A stretch of 58,299 nt of DNA from an uncultured Oscillospiraceae bacterium (GTDB taxonomy: Bacteria; Bacillota; Clostridia; Oscillospirales; Oscillospiraceae): the NCBI GenBank assembly GCA_900754515.1, contig CAAEDD010000197.1, forward strand, positions 1-58,299, in the 5' to 3' direction. The notes under the pieces were generated by a model that ran no database searches, was not told where the DNA came from, and saw nothing but the letters and a program-made list of their open reading frames with translations. Position numbers and translations under genes: made by a program. Positions 27,448 to 35,379 of the stretch are shown one piece after another (position 1 is the first letter of the stretch; each line of letters opens with the position of its first letter).

Positions 27448-27469
27448 ATCCGCCCGGGTCTGGGCGGAT
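27448..27469 (-). terminator. Hairpin downstream of the minus-strand hydrogenase operon
   Basis: 8-bp stem ATCCGCCC / GGGCGGAT with a 6-nt loop. A moderately T-rich tract follows on the minus strand. Confidence 0.4.
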
Positions 27470-27555
27470 CCTTTGTCTTAATTACTCACTGTTCACTGTC
27501 AGTTTATTTTTCCAGAAGGCCAGGCCTTCCTTGACAGATGCCGAATAAATACCCT

Positions 27556-28113
27556 TTAGTTGGCCTTGGCCTTCATAATGCGGGGTATTATGATAAGGGC
27601 CAGCACGCCGCCGATGAGGGCGGTGACTCCCTGGGGCCAGGAGAAGGTGGCGGACATAACCGCAGCCTGCTTTTCCGGCACAGTGCCCAGAGTGGCTATC
27701 ACTGCGGGCACGGACACCCACAGGAAGCCGCACTTTATAAGGGCGCAGCACACCATGGCGATGCGGCTGTCCAGTTTCGTCCTGCGGCTCAGGCCGAATA
27801 GCCCGGCAAGGATGGCGTTGCCGCAGGCTATCACCGGCACCAGCTGAATCAGGGCCGGGCCCACGCCCAGAAGGAAAGCCAGAGCGGAGGAGAAAAGACC
27901 TATGCAAATGCCGGACAGCGCTCCGGTTCTGGCAGCAAACACAAATAACACGCAGTTGACCAGGCTGCCGGTTATAAGCTGGGTCACGGACAGAGGGCCT
28001 ATCACCACAGCACCGGCGGGAAATAGCTTGCCCGCCAGCTGTGCCAGGACAACCAAAGCAATGCCGATGGCAGTTTCCGCTATAAATCTAATTGCTTTTT
28101 GTTGAGTTCTCAT
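27556..28113 (-). CDS. Small polytopic membrane protein (ECF-transporter S-component-like), translationally coupled to the hydrogenase
   Basis: 185 aa with about 5-6 hydrophobic segments. Its ATG overlaps the hydrogenase stop (ATGA at 28110-28113), with GGAGG 7 nt upstream. Confidence 0.5.
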   Translation of the reverse strand: MRTQQKAIRFIAETAIGIALVVLAQLAGKLFPAGAVVIGPLSVTQLITGSLVNCVLFVFAARTGALSGICIGLFSSALAFLLGVGPALIQLVPVIACGNAILAGLFGLSRRTKLDSRIAMVCCALIKCGFLWVSVPAVIATLGTVPEKQAAVMSATFSWPQGVTALIGGVLALIIIPRIMKAKAN

Positions 28114-29624
28114 TCCGTCGCCTCCGAAAGCCTTGCTGCATAGCTGCTTTCACCTGCTGTCTGTTTGGATGCCTCTTCCTTGTATTTCTTCACCGCCGCC
28201 GAGGCTGTAGCCACGGGGGCTATTGTCCCTGCGCCCGCCACGCAGCCACCGGGGCAGGCCATGCCCTCCAGCAGATAGCCGTTGCGCTTGCCGGCTTTAG
28301 CCATAAGGAGCATCTTGCGGCATTCACGCAAGCCGTCGCCAAACTCCATTTTTATTTCCATGCCGGGCCTTATCTTGGAGATGTGGTCTGCCACGGCGGC
28401 GGCCACGCCGCCCACCACCGCAAAACCACGGCCTGCGCTGGTGCCCTCGTCAAAGTCCTTGTCCTGCTCGTCGGGCTCCAGGGTGGCAAAGTCCACTTCC
28501 TTGGCCTGGAACATACCCTGGAGCTCCTCAAAAGTGAGCACAAAGTCCACGTCGGAGCGGATGCTGCGCCGGGAAGCCTCCAGCTTCTTTGCGGCGCAGG
28601 GACCCACGAACACAATTTTTGCGTCGGGATTGTCCTTCTTTACTATACGTGCAGTGAGCACCATTGGGGTCAAGGCCATGGAGATATAGTCGGTAAATTC
28701 AGGGAAGAGCTTCTTTGCCATGACGCTCCAGGCTGGGCAGCAGGAGGTGCCCATGAAGGGCTGCTTTTCAGGCACCTTCTCCAGGAAATCCTCCGCCTCC
28801 TCTATGGTACAGAGGTCCGCTCCCACAGCCACTTCCACAGTGTCGCTGAAACCCAGGATACGCATGGCCTTACGGAGCTTTGCGGGAGTGGCATCCTTGA
28901 ACTGGCTGACAAAGGCGGGAGCCACGATAGCGATTATTTTGGTGCCGGACTTTATGGCCTGGATTATCTGGAATATCTGGCTCTTGTCGGCAATCGCACC
29001 AAAGGGACAGTTCACCAGGCACATGCCACAGGAGACGCACTTATCATAATCTATGACGGCCTTGCCGTTTTCATCACTGCCTATGGCGTCCATGCCGCAG
29101 GCTTTGGCGCAGGGCCTCTCAATGCGGCTGATGGCATCATAGGGGCACTGATTGAGGCACTTGCCGCACTTTATGCACTTGCTCTGGTCGATGTTGCTCT
29201 TGCCGTCTTTAATGTAGATGGCGCCCTTGGGGCAGACGGCCTGGCAGGGATGGGACAGGCAGCCCTGGCAGTTGGAGGAGACACGAATCTCCTTGGGAGG
29301 GCAGCCGTTACAGGCAAAGGGAATGATATTAATAAGGGGCGGCTCATAGTACTTCTCGGGGATATTTGCTTCCTCTATGCCGTCGCTGGCCGGGCCATAC
29401 TCGTCCGCTTTGCGCAAAGGCAGACCGCAGGCCAGACGCAGACGTTCGGTGACTATGGCTCTCTCCAGAAAAATATTGCTTCTGTACCTGGCTTCGCTGC
29501 CGGGTACGATTTTATATGGCAGACGATCTATACGGGAGTAGTCCCCGCCCTCATAGGCCAGCTTTGCCACTTCCTTAAATACGCTGTTACGCAGATCGTC
29601 AACTACGCTGTGGATTCCTCTCAT
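28110..29624 (-). CDS. [FeFe]-hydrogenase catalytic subunit with N-terminal ferredoxin-like cluster domains
   Basis: H-cluster motifs TSCCPAW, GPCAAKKLE and EGMACPGGCVAGAG, plus several CxxCxxCxxxCP motifs. Confidence 0.9.
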   Translation of the reverse strand: MRGIHSVVDDLRNSVFKEVAKLAYEGGDYSRIDRLPYKIVPGSEARYRSNIFLERAIVTERLRLACGLPLRKADEYGPASDGIEEANIPEKYYEPPLINIIPFACNGCPPKEIRVSSNCQGCLSHPCQAVCPKGAIYIKDGKSNIDQSKCIKCGKCLNQCPYDAISRIERPCAKACGMDAIGSDENGKAVIDYDKCVSCGMCLVNCPFGAIADKSQIFQIIQAIKSGTKIIAIVAPAFVSQFKDATPAKLRKAMRILGFSDTVEVAVGADLCTIEEAEDFLEKVPEKQPFMGTSCCPAWSVMAKKLFPEFTDYISMALTPMVLTARIVKKDNPDAKIVFVGPCAAKKLEASRRSIRSDVDFVLTFEELQGMFQAKEVDFATLEPDEQDKDFDEGTSAGRGFAVVGGVAAAVADHISKIRPGMEIKMEFGDGLRECRKMLLMAKAGKRNGYLLEGMACPGGCVAGAGTIAPVATASAAVKKYKEEASKQTAGESSYAARLSEATE

Positions 29625-30025
29625 GTCTGTACCTCCGAAAAAGTATATTCATTTGACGGCAATCGGCACTTGCTTTCAAGCATTGTTAAGTTTATCACAC
29701 ACTATTTGTCAAGTCAACTTCAGGTTATTTTTTGGCAAAGTTTCTACCTAGTGCATAATTAAGGTGAAGGATTTGCAGTTTTTGCCCGGATTCACTATAA
29801 TTATTATACAAAACCGAAGCTTTTACAACATAAAGTTTTCCTGAAAAGTGAAAATTCAGACTATTTTGAAAATTGCCTCCGCCGCTGCCCATAAAGCGGC
29901 GTTTCGCTTTTGCAGAATGTCCGGCGGGAGGATCGCAGTTGAAAAAATTCTACATTTTTATGGCAAGCTGAAATATTTTGCCCAATTTCCCTACCTTATA
30001 GATGAAGCGGAAAGGAAGTGGACAA

Positions 30026-30580
30026 ATGGAAGACGGCAGGATAATCAACCTGTTCTTTGAGCGCTCGGAACAGGCGATCCATGAGCTGAGCCTGAAATAC
30101 GGCCAAGCGGTGAAAGCCCTGTCCCTGAACATTCTTGGGGATGCCCGGGACGCGGAGGAGTGCGCCGCAGATACATATCTGGGCGTGTGGAACAGCGTGC
30201 CTCCAAAAAGGCCGGAGCACCTGAAGGCCTACACCCTGGCCATAGCCCGGAACCTGTCTCTGAACCGCTACCATGCCAACAGCGCCAAAAAGCGAAACGG
30301 CAGCTACGACCTGGCTCTGTCGGAGCTGGAGGGCTGTCTGGCAGCGGCCGGGGACGCCCAGACGGAGCTGGAGGCAAGAGAGTTAGCAGAGACCTTAAAC
30401 AGCTTTCTTGCCGGGCTTTCAAAGGAAGACCGGCAGCTCTTTGTGCGGCGCTACTATCTGGCAGAGCCGGTGAAGGACATTGCCGCAAGGCTGAAGGTCA
30501 AAAGCGGCCGGGTTTCCCTGCGTCTCTTCCGTATCCGTGAAAAACTGAAAAAATATCTTGAAAGGGAGGGGCTGATATAA
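30026..30580 (+). CDS. ECF-type sigma-70 family RNA polymerase sigma factor
   Basis: Region 2 (DAEECAADTYLGVWN) and region 4 HTH (VKDIAARLKVKSGRVSLRLFRIREKL). The start is taken at the ATG at 30026 (RBS AAAGGAAG); the ATG at 30002 is an alternative. Confidence 0.85.
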   Translation: MEDGRIINLFFERSEQAIHELSLKYGQAVKALSLNILGDARDAEECAADTYLGVWNSVPPKRPEHLKAYTLAIARNLSLNRYHANSAKKRNGSYDLALSELEGCLAAAGDAQTELEARELAETLNSFLAGLSKEDRQLFVRRYYLAEPVKDIAARLKVKSGRVSLRLFRIREKLKKYLEREGLI

Positions 30581-31653
30581 TGAAGCGTGAAAAAATTTCC
30601 CGGGCACTGTCCATGCTGGATAAGAAATATATCCTGGAAGCCCTGGAGCTGGAGCTGCCGGGAGAATTCCGCGAGGCCCCGAAGGTGAGCAATATGAAAA
30701 TTTCCAGGCGAAGTGCAAAAAATCTCCGGCGCACGCTGCTGATAGCCGCAGTTATATCCGTGTTCTTTGCCGTCACCGCCTTTGCCATAGGCTACGGCAT
30801 AAACCGGCAGCGGCAGCAGGAGCTGAGAGAGCAGCTGCAAATAGACCAGCACCAGGTGGAGGAATACACCGAATATCCGCTCCCGGAGGAGACAGGGGAG
30901 GAAGTCTCCCCGGAGGGTGAAATGACCGTCACTCTGCTGTCCTCCATCGGTGGCGTGGAGTATGACACTATATATATCAATGTCTCCCCCTTTGAGAAGG
31001 AATGGGTCCATGGTCAGCTTCCTGTGGGTGCCTCCTTTGACGGCGGCGAGAGCTTCGCCACCTGTACCCCGGCCATGAAGAACGGAGAGATGATATACGA
31101 TGAAGCAACAAAAACCATCACCTTTGAGTGTCACCGCTTCCATAACAGCCCTTATAGCAACGATATGATCGTGGCCTATGGTTATGGCGAGGAGAAAGCC
31201 GAGCTTGGACGCTTTGCCCTCAGTATAAGCGAGGCCGAAACAAGAGCCTGCATTTTTGAAGAACCTGTGGAATTCTATGTCGATGAGCTGGGCAAGACCG
31301 GGCGGCTCCTGGGAGTGGAGCTGTACTCCGGAGGCATGACCTGGCTGCTGGAGCATGAGGACTCGGAGCGTTTTTATTATTACGTGAAGGGTCTGAGCTT
31401 TGAAGAGCTGAGTCCGGAGGAGCAGGAATGGATACGCAGCGTGGAGGTCCCCTGGGCCAATACCATCAGCGCCGTCACCACGGGCACCCTACACATGGCC
31501 GACGGTTCGGATATCGAACCCAGCTCCGCCGAGTCCGGGGATTATCAGGACGGCATCGTAAAACGCTACGGCAGCTTCTCTTTGACCACCATAGACCCTG
31601 ACGATGTAGTCTCCATCACCCTCTTTGACGGCAGCACCGTGGAGCTGAACTGA
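30580..31653 (+). CDS. Putative membrane-anchored anti-sigma factor
   Basis: Its start overlaps the sigma stop (TAATG). Short cytoplasmic N-terminus, single TM (LLIAAVISVFFAVTAFAIGYGI), and about 280 aa of extracytoplasmic domain with no family I recognise. Confidence 0.5.
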   Translation: MKREKISRALSMLDKKYILEALELELPGEFREAPKVSNMKISRRSAKNLRRTLLIAAVISVFFAVTAFAIGYGINRQRQQELREQLQIDQHQVEEYTEYPLPEETGEEVSPEGEMTVTLLSSIGGVEYDTIYINVSPFEKEWVHGQLPVGASFDGGESFATCTPAMKNGEMIYDEATKTITFECHRFHNSPYSNDMIVAYGYGEEKAELGRFALSISEAETRACIFEEPVEFYVDELGKTGRLLGVELYSGGMTWLLEHEDSERFYYYVKGLSFEELSPEEQEWIRSVEVPWANTISAVTTGTLHMADGSDIEPSSAESGDYQDGIVKRYGSFSLTTIDPDDVVSITLFDGSTVELN

Positions 31654-31682
31654 AAACCGGAGCGACACTTACACATGCAGCT

Positions 31683-31708
31683 ATCCCCATCCCGTTTGGG
31701 ATGGGGAT
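31683..31708. repeat. Palindromic repeat, copy 1
   Basis: ATCCCCATCCC-GTTT-GGGATGGGGAT (11-bp stem). Confidence 0.85.
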
Positions 31709-31905
31709 TGTCAGCTTATCAAAGAAGGCATAGCCTTCTTTGATAAAATAGATTGCACTTCGCTTCATGCCTCGGTTATATGCCTGCGGCATACAATTCG
31801 ACACTCCGCTCCGTGAGAAGTGTTTTCCGCGACGTACACGCCGCCGCGGAAAACGACTGAAATTATTTTTTCGCTGGGGCGAAAAAACTCTGCGAGCCTT
31901 TTTCA

Positions 31906-31948
31906 ACAGCCTCGACAATCCCCATCCCTGGCGGGATGGGGATTGCTC
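31906..31948. repeat. Palindromic repeat, copy 2 (43-nt unit)
   Basis: ACAGCCTCGACAATCCCCATCCCTGGCGGGATGGGGATTGCT, with a 13-bp stem CAATCCCCATCCC / GGGATGGGGATTG at 31916-31945. Confidence 0.9.
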
Positions 31949-32148
31949 AGCTTGTCAATAAAGTCTTTGAGGACTTTTTTGACTGCGCTTCTCCCGCCAA
32001 GCATTTTGCCTTTGGCAAAATGCTGCTTTGCCCGGAAAGCCTTGATTTTCAAGACTTTCCGGTGGCGGGTTATTGAAACGCGAGGCGGGTCTTAACCCCC
32101 TCGCGCTCCCCCGCTGCTCTATTGTTTTTCGCTTATTCTATTTTTTTG

Positions 32149-32191
32149 ACAGCCTCTACAATCCCCATCCCTGGCGGGATGGGGATTGCTG
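32149..32191. repeat. Palindromic repeat, copy 3 (43-nt unit)
   Basis: ACAGCCTCTACAATCCCCATCCCTGGCGGGATGGGGATTGCT, one mismatch to copy 2. Stem at 32159-32188. Confidence 0.9.
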
Positions 32192-32226
32192 CATTATATC
32201 AATCTATAATATCATATCAATTTATA

Positions 32227-33450
32227 TCATATATAGAAGCTGCCGCCGCTGTTGAAGAAGCAGATGAAGTAATAGCCCACCATCAGGTGGCCCAGCAGCA
32301 GGCCAATGCCCATCAGGCACAGCAGCGCCCCTCCGGCCTTTTTATTTGCAAAGCTCTCCTGTATCATACGCCACAGCAGGCCAATGCCCAGGCCGAAAAT
32401 GCAGGTATACATACTCAGGCTACCCCAGTCGAAGTTGCCGTCGTTGGCCCGGTAGCCCGTCTCCGTAAGGAGCACCGCCTCCAATATGGACACCAGCAGC
32501 ACCAGCAGGAAAAGCCCTGTCTCCTCTTTTTTCTTCTCCCGCCTCAGCTGCAGGGCCAGGGTGTATATGGGCAGCAGCAGGGAGCGCAGATACATCAGGG
32601 CCAGAGCCCCTATCTGGCCCAGGCTCAGCCGCCTTATGGCTATGCCGGACTCCCCCTGGACACCCTCTATGCCCATGTCCTCCAGTATTTCGTTGCCGCT
32701 CTGGGAGATCTGGCTGCCGTAGAGCATGAAATATTGCCCTATGCACATCAGTCCCGCAGGAACCACCGCCAGGCCCAGGATTATCTCGTTTTTCAGGTAC
32801 TTACCCTTGTACTTAATAAAGTCGTATATCAGCAGTCCCAGCAGGGTGGGGCAGAGGGCAAAGGCAAAATTGGGCTTGAAGGCAGTGGATATCAAAAAGC
32901 AGAACATGAAGCCCAGCCAGTCCCCCCGGCCTATGCTGCCGTGGCGCTGCTGCCAGCAGCGGAAAAACCAGATGAAGCTCAGGGGCACAAAGGTGCGGCT
33001 GAACAGCACCGTCATATTATGGTAGAGGTTTCCGTTGTAAGCGTTAAGATAAATGCCTGTCTGCACTCCCGGGATTATCCAGGGGCCGCAGAGGTGGGCC
33101 AGGGCCGAGGCCAGGAAAGCCTCAGTACGGCTGAGCCGGGGCAGCAGATATCTTATAAATGCCGCCAGGGTGAACAGGCCGATAAGGTTATTCACCGTCA
33201 AAGTCACGGCCAGAGCACGCTGGGCAAAGTACTCCCCTCCCAGATAGAAAAGCTGAATCAAGAAACTGCTCAGGCCGTAGTCATTGTGGCCCAGGGCCAG
33301 CTTTATATGGGCAGGTACGTCGGAAAACACCAGGCCGGTGCAGGCGCAGTAAAACACCTTCCACCATTTATAGCAGAGGAAGGCGGTGAAAACCAGACTG
33401 AATACCGCCAGAGGCAGCTGTGTTTTCTTCCTTGTGCCCAGTACGTCCAT
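32227..33450 (-). CDS. Polytopic membrane protein of unknown function
   Basis: About 407 aa and highly hydrophobic with many predicted TM segments. The start is taken at MDVLGTRKK (ATG at 33450, RBS AAAGGAAAC). I recognise no diagnostic motif. Confidence 0.55.
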   Translation of the reverse strand: MDVLGTRKKTQLPLAVFSLVFTAFLCYKWWKVFYCACTGLVFSDVPAHIKLALGHNDYGLSSFLIQLFYLGGEYFAQRALAVTLTVNNLIGLFTLAAFIRYLLPRLSRTEAFLASALAHLCGPWIIPGVQTGIYLNAYNGNLYHNMTVLFSRTFVPLSFIWFFRCWQQRHGSIGRGDWLGFMFCFLISTAFKPNFAFALCPTLLGLLIYDFIKYKGKYLKNEIILGLAVVPAGLMCIGQYFMLYGSQISQSGNEILEDMGIEGVQGESGIAIRRLSLGQIGALALMYLRSLLLPIYTLALQLRREKKKEETGLFLLVLLVSILEAVLLTETGYRANDGNFDWGSLSMYTCIFGLGIGLLWRMIQESFANKKAGGALLCLMGIGLLLGHLMVGYYFICFFNSGGSFYI

Positions 33451-33534
33451 GAATTTGTTTCCTTTCTCGGTTTTGCCGTGTATCTGGATTATACCCCAAA
33501 TTCTCAAAAAGCACAAGCGCCCGGCTCCCCAGGC

Positions 33535-33993
33535 TCAGCCGTCGATCAGCTTCATCTTCTCCGGCCGGCCCATCAGCTCATAGTATCTCCGCCAGTCGCC
33601 GAGGGATTGAAGAGGAATTGTCTCTCCGTTCAGCTGTATATATTCCGCCACCTGCCCCGGCAGCAGGGAACAGTCGTAGTCCACTCCGTCTCTTACGATG
33701 ACAAAGCCTGCCATCATATCCACTTCAACGCCGTCTATCACATATTCCAGAAAATGCCGGGTCTTGTAGCCCGCCTTGGATTTTTGGGGCAGGAGCTCCC
33801 CCAGGGCTGAAAGCCGCCTCCCGGCCTCCTCAGCATCCCCCTCTCCCACCATCAGGTCGATATCGTGGAAGGTATCCGTCTTACCTTTCAGGTACAGCAG
33901 CAGTGAACCCCCCAGAGCCCAAAGCACCTTGCCCTGGTTGAGACTGTGGGCTATGCGGCAGAGCACCGCCAGTTTTTTCTCCCGCTCATCCAT
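33535..33993 (-). CDS. Nucleotidyltransferase-fold protein (ANT(2'')/Lnu-like small NTase)
   Basis: VLWALGGSLLLYLKGKTDTFHDIDLMV resembles the G-G/S...hDIDl motif of small antibiotic/other nucleotidyltransferases. 152 aa. Confidence 0.5.
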   Translation of the reverse strand: MDEREKKLAVLCRIAHSLNQGKVLWALGGSLLLYLKGKTDTFHDIDLMVGEGDAEEAGRRLSALGELLPQKSKAGYKTRHFLEYVIDGVEVDMMAGFVIVRDGVDYDCSLLPGQVAEYIQLNGETIPLQSLGDWRRYYELMGRPEKMKLIDG

Positions 33994-34131
33994 TTTAAAA
34001 AGCCCCCTTGAAGCAGACTATATTTTCCCGTACCCAGTATAGCAGAGGCAGCTTTCCCCGGCAAGGGCGGCCGGCCCTGCAATATAAAAGTGAGAGCATG
34101 GCGCATGCTCTCACTTTTGGTAAGCTATGTA

Positions 34132-35247
34132 TTATTTCCTGTTCTTTCTCTGTACAGTATAGACATAGGCTCCAATACCAACCAGGCCCAGCAGAGCCAG
34201 CATCAGCACGATCTGCAAAAAAGCGCTGCCGGCGTTTGTCTCATGGGGCTCATGGACGGTGACCGTATGAGTGGGAGAGGGGCTGGTGCTGGAATTGGGA
34301 GAAGCGCTTGGGCTTGCTGTAGCCGTAGGAGAGGGGCTGGCCGAAGGTGTGGGGCTCGGCGTTGGAGTGGAGCGCTCAGCTACCTGCACGTCAAAGGTGG
34401 TGCTCACTGTGCCGTAGATAACCTTTACCTGCTGGCTGCCGGCAGTGCTGAACACCATGGGGGTGCAGGTAAAGCCCTCTGTGACATCCGTCACCTGTTT
34501 GTTGGTGACCACCCGGATGGAAAGGCCGGTAGTGTCCAGCCGGTCCCCTACGGTATAGCTGGTCTTGGCAGGCAGGCTGGAAATGCTGATGCTCTGCACC
34601 ACTTCCTTCTCGGGCTCCACTTCCACGGTGAAGGTGCAGCTCTTACCCTGGTATCTCACGGTGATGGTCTGGGTACCGGATATGGTGAGCATAGCGGGAG
34701 AGACTTCCAAGCCGCCGGTGACGTCATAATAACCCTGATTGGTATACACTCTGATGGACAGTCCGTCGGTCACCAGGCGGTCCCCTTCCTTATACTGGGT
34801 TTTTGTGGGCAGGGTGAGCACGCCGATGCCCTCTATCACGGGCTCGTTATTCTCCACGGTTACGGCTATGGGTGAGGAAATCACCGAGGCGGAACCGTTT
34901 ATGCTGGAGTTTGTGACAACGCAGAAATAGTAGTTTGTACCCTGCTGACTGGTGTCTGCATAGTAGTTGCTGCTGGTGGCATTAAGTATCATGGTGCCGC
35001 CCATATTGGTGCCGTCAAGGCTGCGGTACCACTGGTAACTGAGAGTTCCCCCGTCCGGAGATTGGGCCGTGACGGATATAATGGCAGTATCGCCCAGGTT
35101 GCACTTTATATCTGCACAGGTATACACAATTGGTTCTGTTGTTCCTCCCGGCAGTGGTGCCAGAGCATAGGCCCCGGGTGCGGCAGCCAGCAGCAGCACC
35201 AGCACCAGGGCAAGAGAAATAAGTCTTTTTTTCATTTTTTCATCCAT
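34132..35247 (-). CDS. Surface protein with Ig-like repeats, Pro/Ser/Thr linker and C-terminal TM anchor
   Basis: Signal peptide MKKRLISLALVLVLLLAAAPGAYA. Two about 75-aa similar repeats (LPTKTQYKEGDRLVTDGLSIRV / LPAKTSYTVGDRLDTTGLSIRV). STPTPSPTPSASPSPTATASPSASP linker. Terminal hydrophobic segment plus RKNRK. The start could be 35247 or 35235. Confidence 0.7.
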   Translation of the reverse strand: MDEKMKKRLISLALVLVLLLAAAPGAYALAPLPGGTTEPIVYTCADIKCNLGDTAIISVTAQSPDGGTLSYQWYRSLDGTNMGGTMILNATSSNYYADTSQQGTNYYFCVVTNSSINGSASVISSPIAVTVENNEPVIEGIGVLTLPTKTQYKEGDRLVTDGLSIRVYTNQGYYDVTGGLEVSPAMLTISGTQTITVRYQGKSCTFTVEVEPEKEVVQSISISSLPAKTSYTVGDRLDTTGLSIRVVTNKQVTDVTEGFTCTPMVFSTAGSQQVKVIYGTVSTTFDVQVAERSTPTPSPTPSASPSPTATASPSASPNSSTSPSPTHTVTVHEPHETNAGSAFLQIVLMLALLGLVGIGAYVYTVQRKNRK

Positions 35248-35379
35248 GTCCTTTCTGCTTCGAAGTAGTAATACCATATCCTCAAACTATTGTCAACAGT
35301 TGTGAATCGCCAGTAAATATGCTAAAATATATTTTAAGAAATGCGGATAAAAATGTAAACAACGGAAAGGAGATCATCC

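Noticed and set aside
28092-29762. 556-aa ORF on the plus strand
   Set aside because: It is a mirror frame of the [FeFe]-hydrogenase gene. It has no recognisable domains, while the minus-strand frame carries all three H-cluster motifs.
31683-32188. Possible CRISPR array, because of three identical about 30-nt palindromic repeats
   Set aside because: The spacing of about 205-215 nt between repeats is far larger than CRISPR spacers, there are only three copies, and no cas genes are present. The intervening sequence is itself made of other hairpins. It is better described as REP/BIME-like.
32122-33810. 562-aa ORF on the plus strand
   Set aside because: It lies antisense to the membrane-protein and nucleotidyltransferase genes, and it begins inside the palindromic repeat cluster. 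Its composition is Gln/Ala/His-rich and low-complexity.
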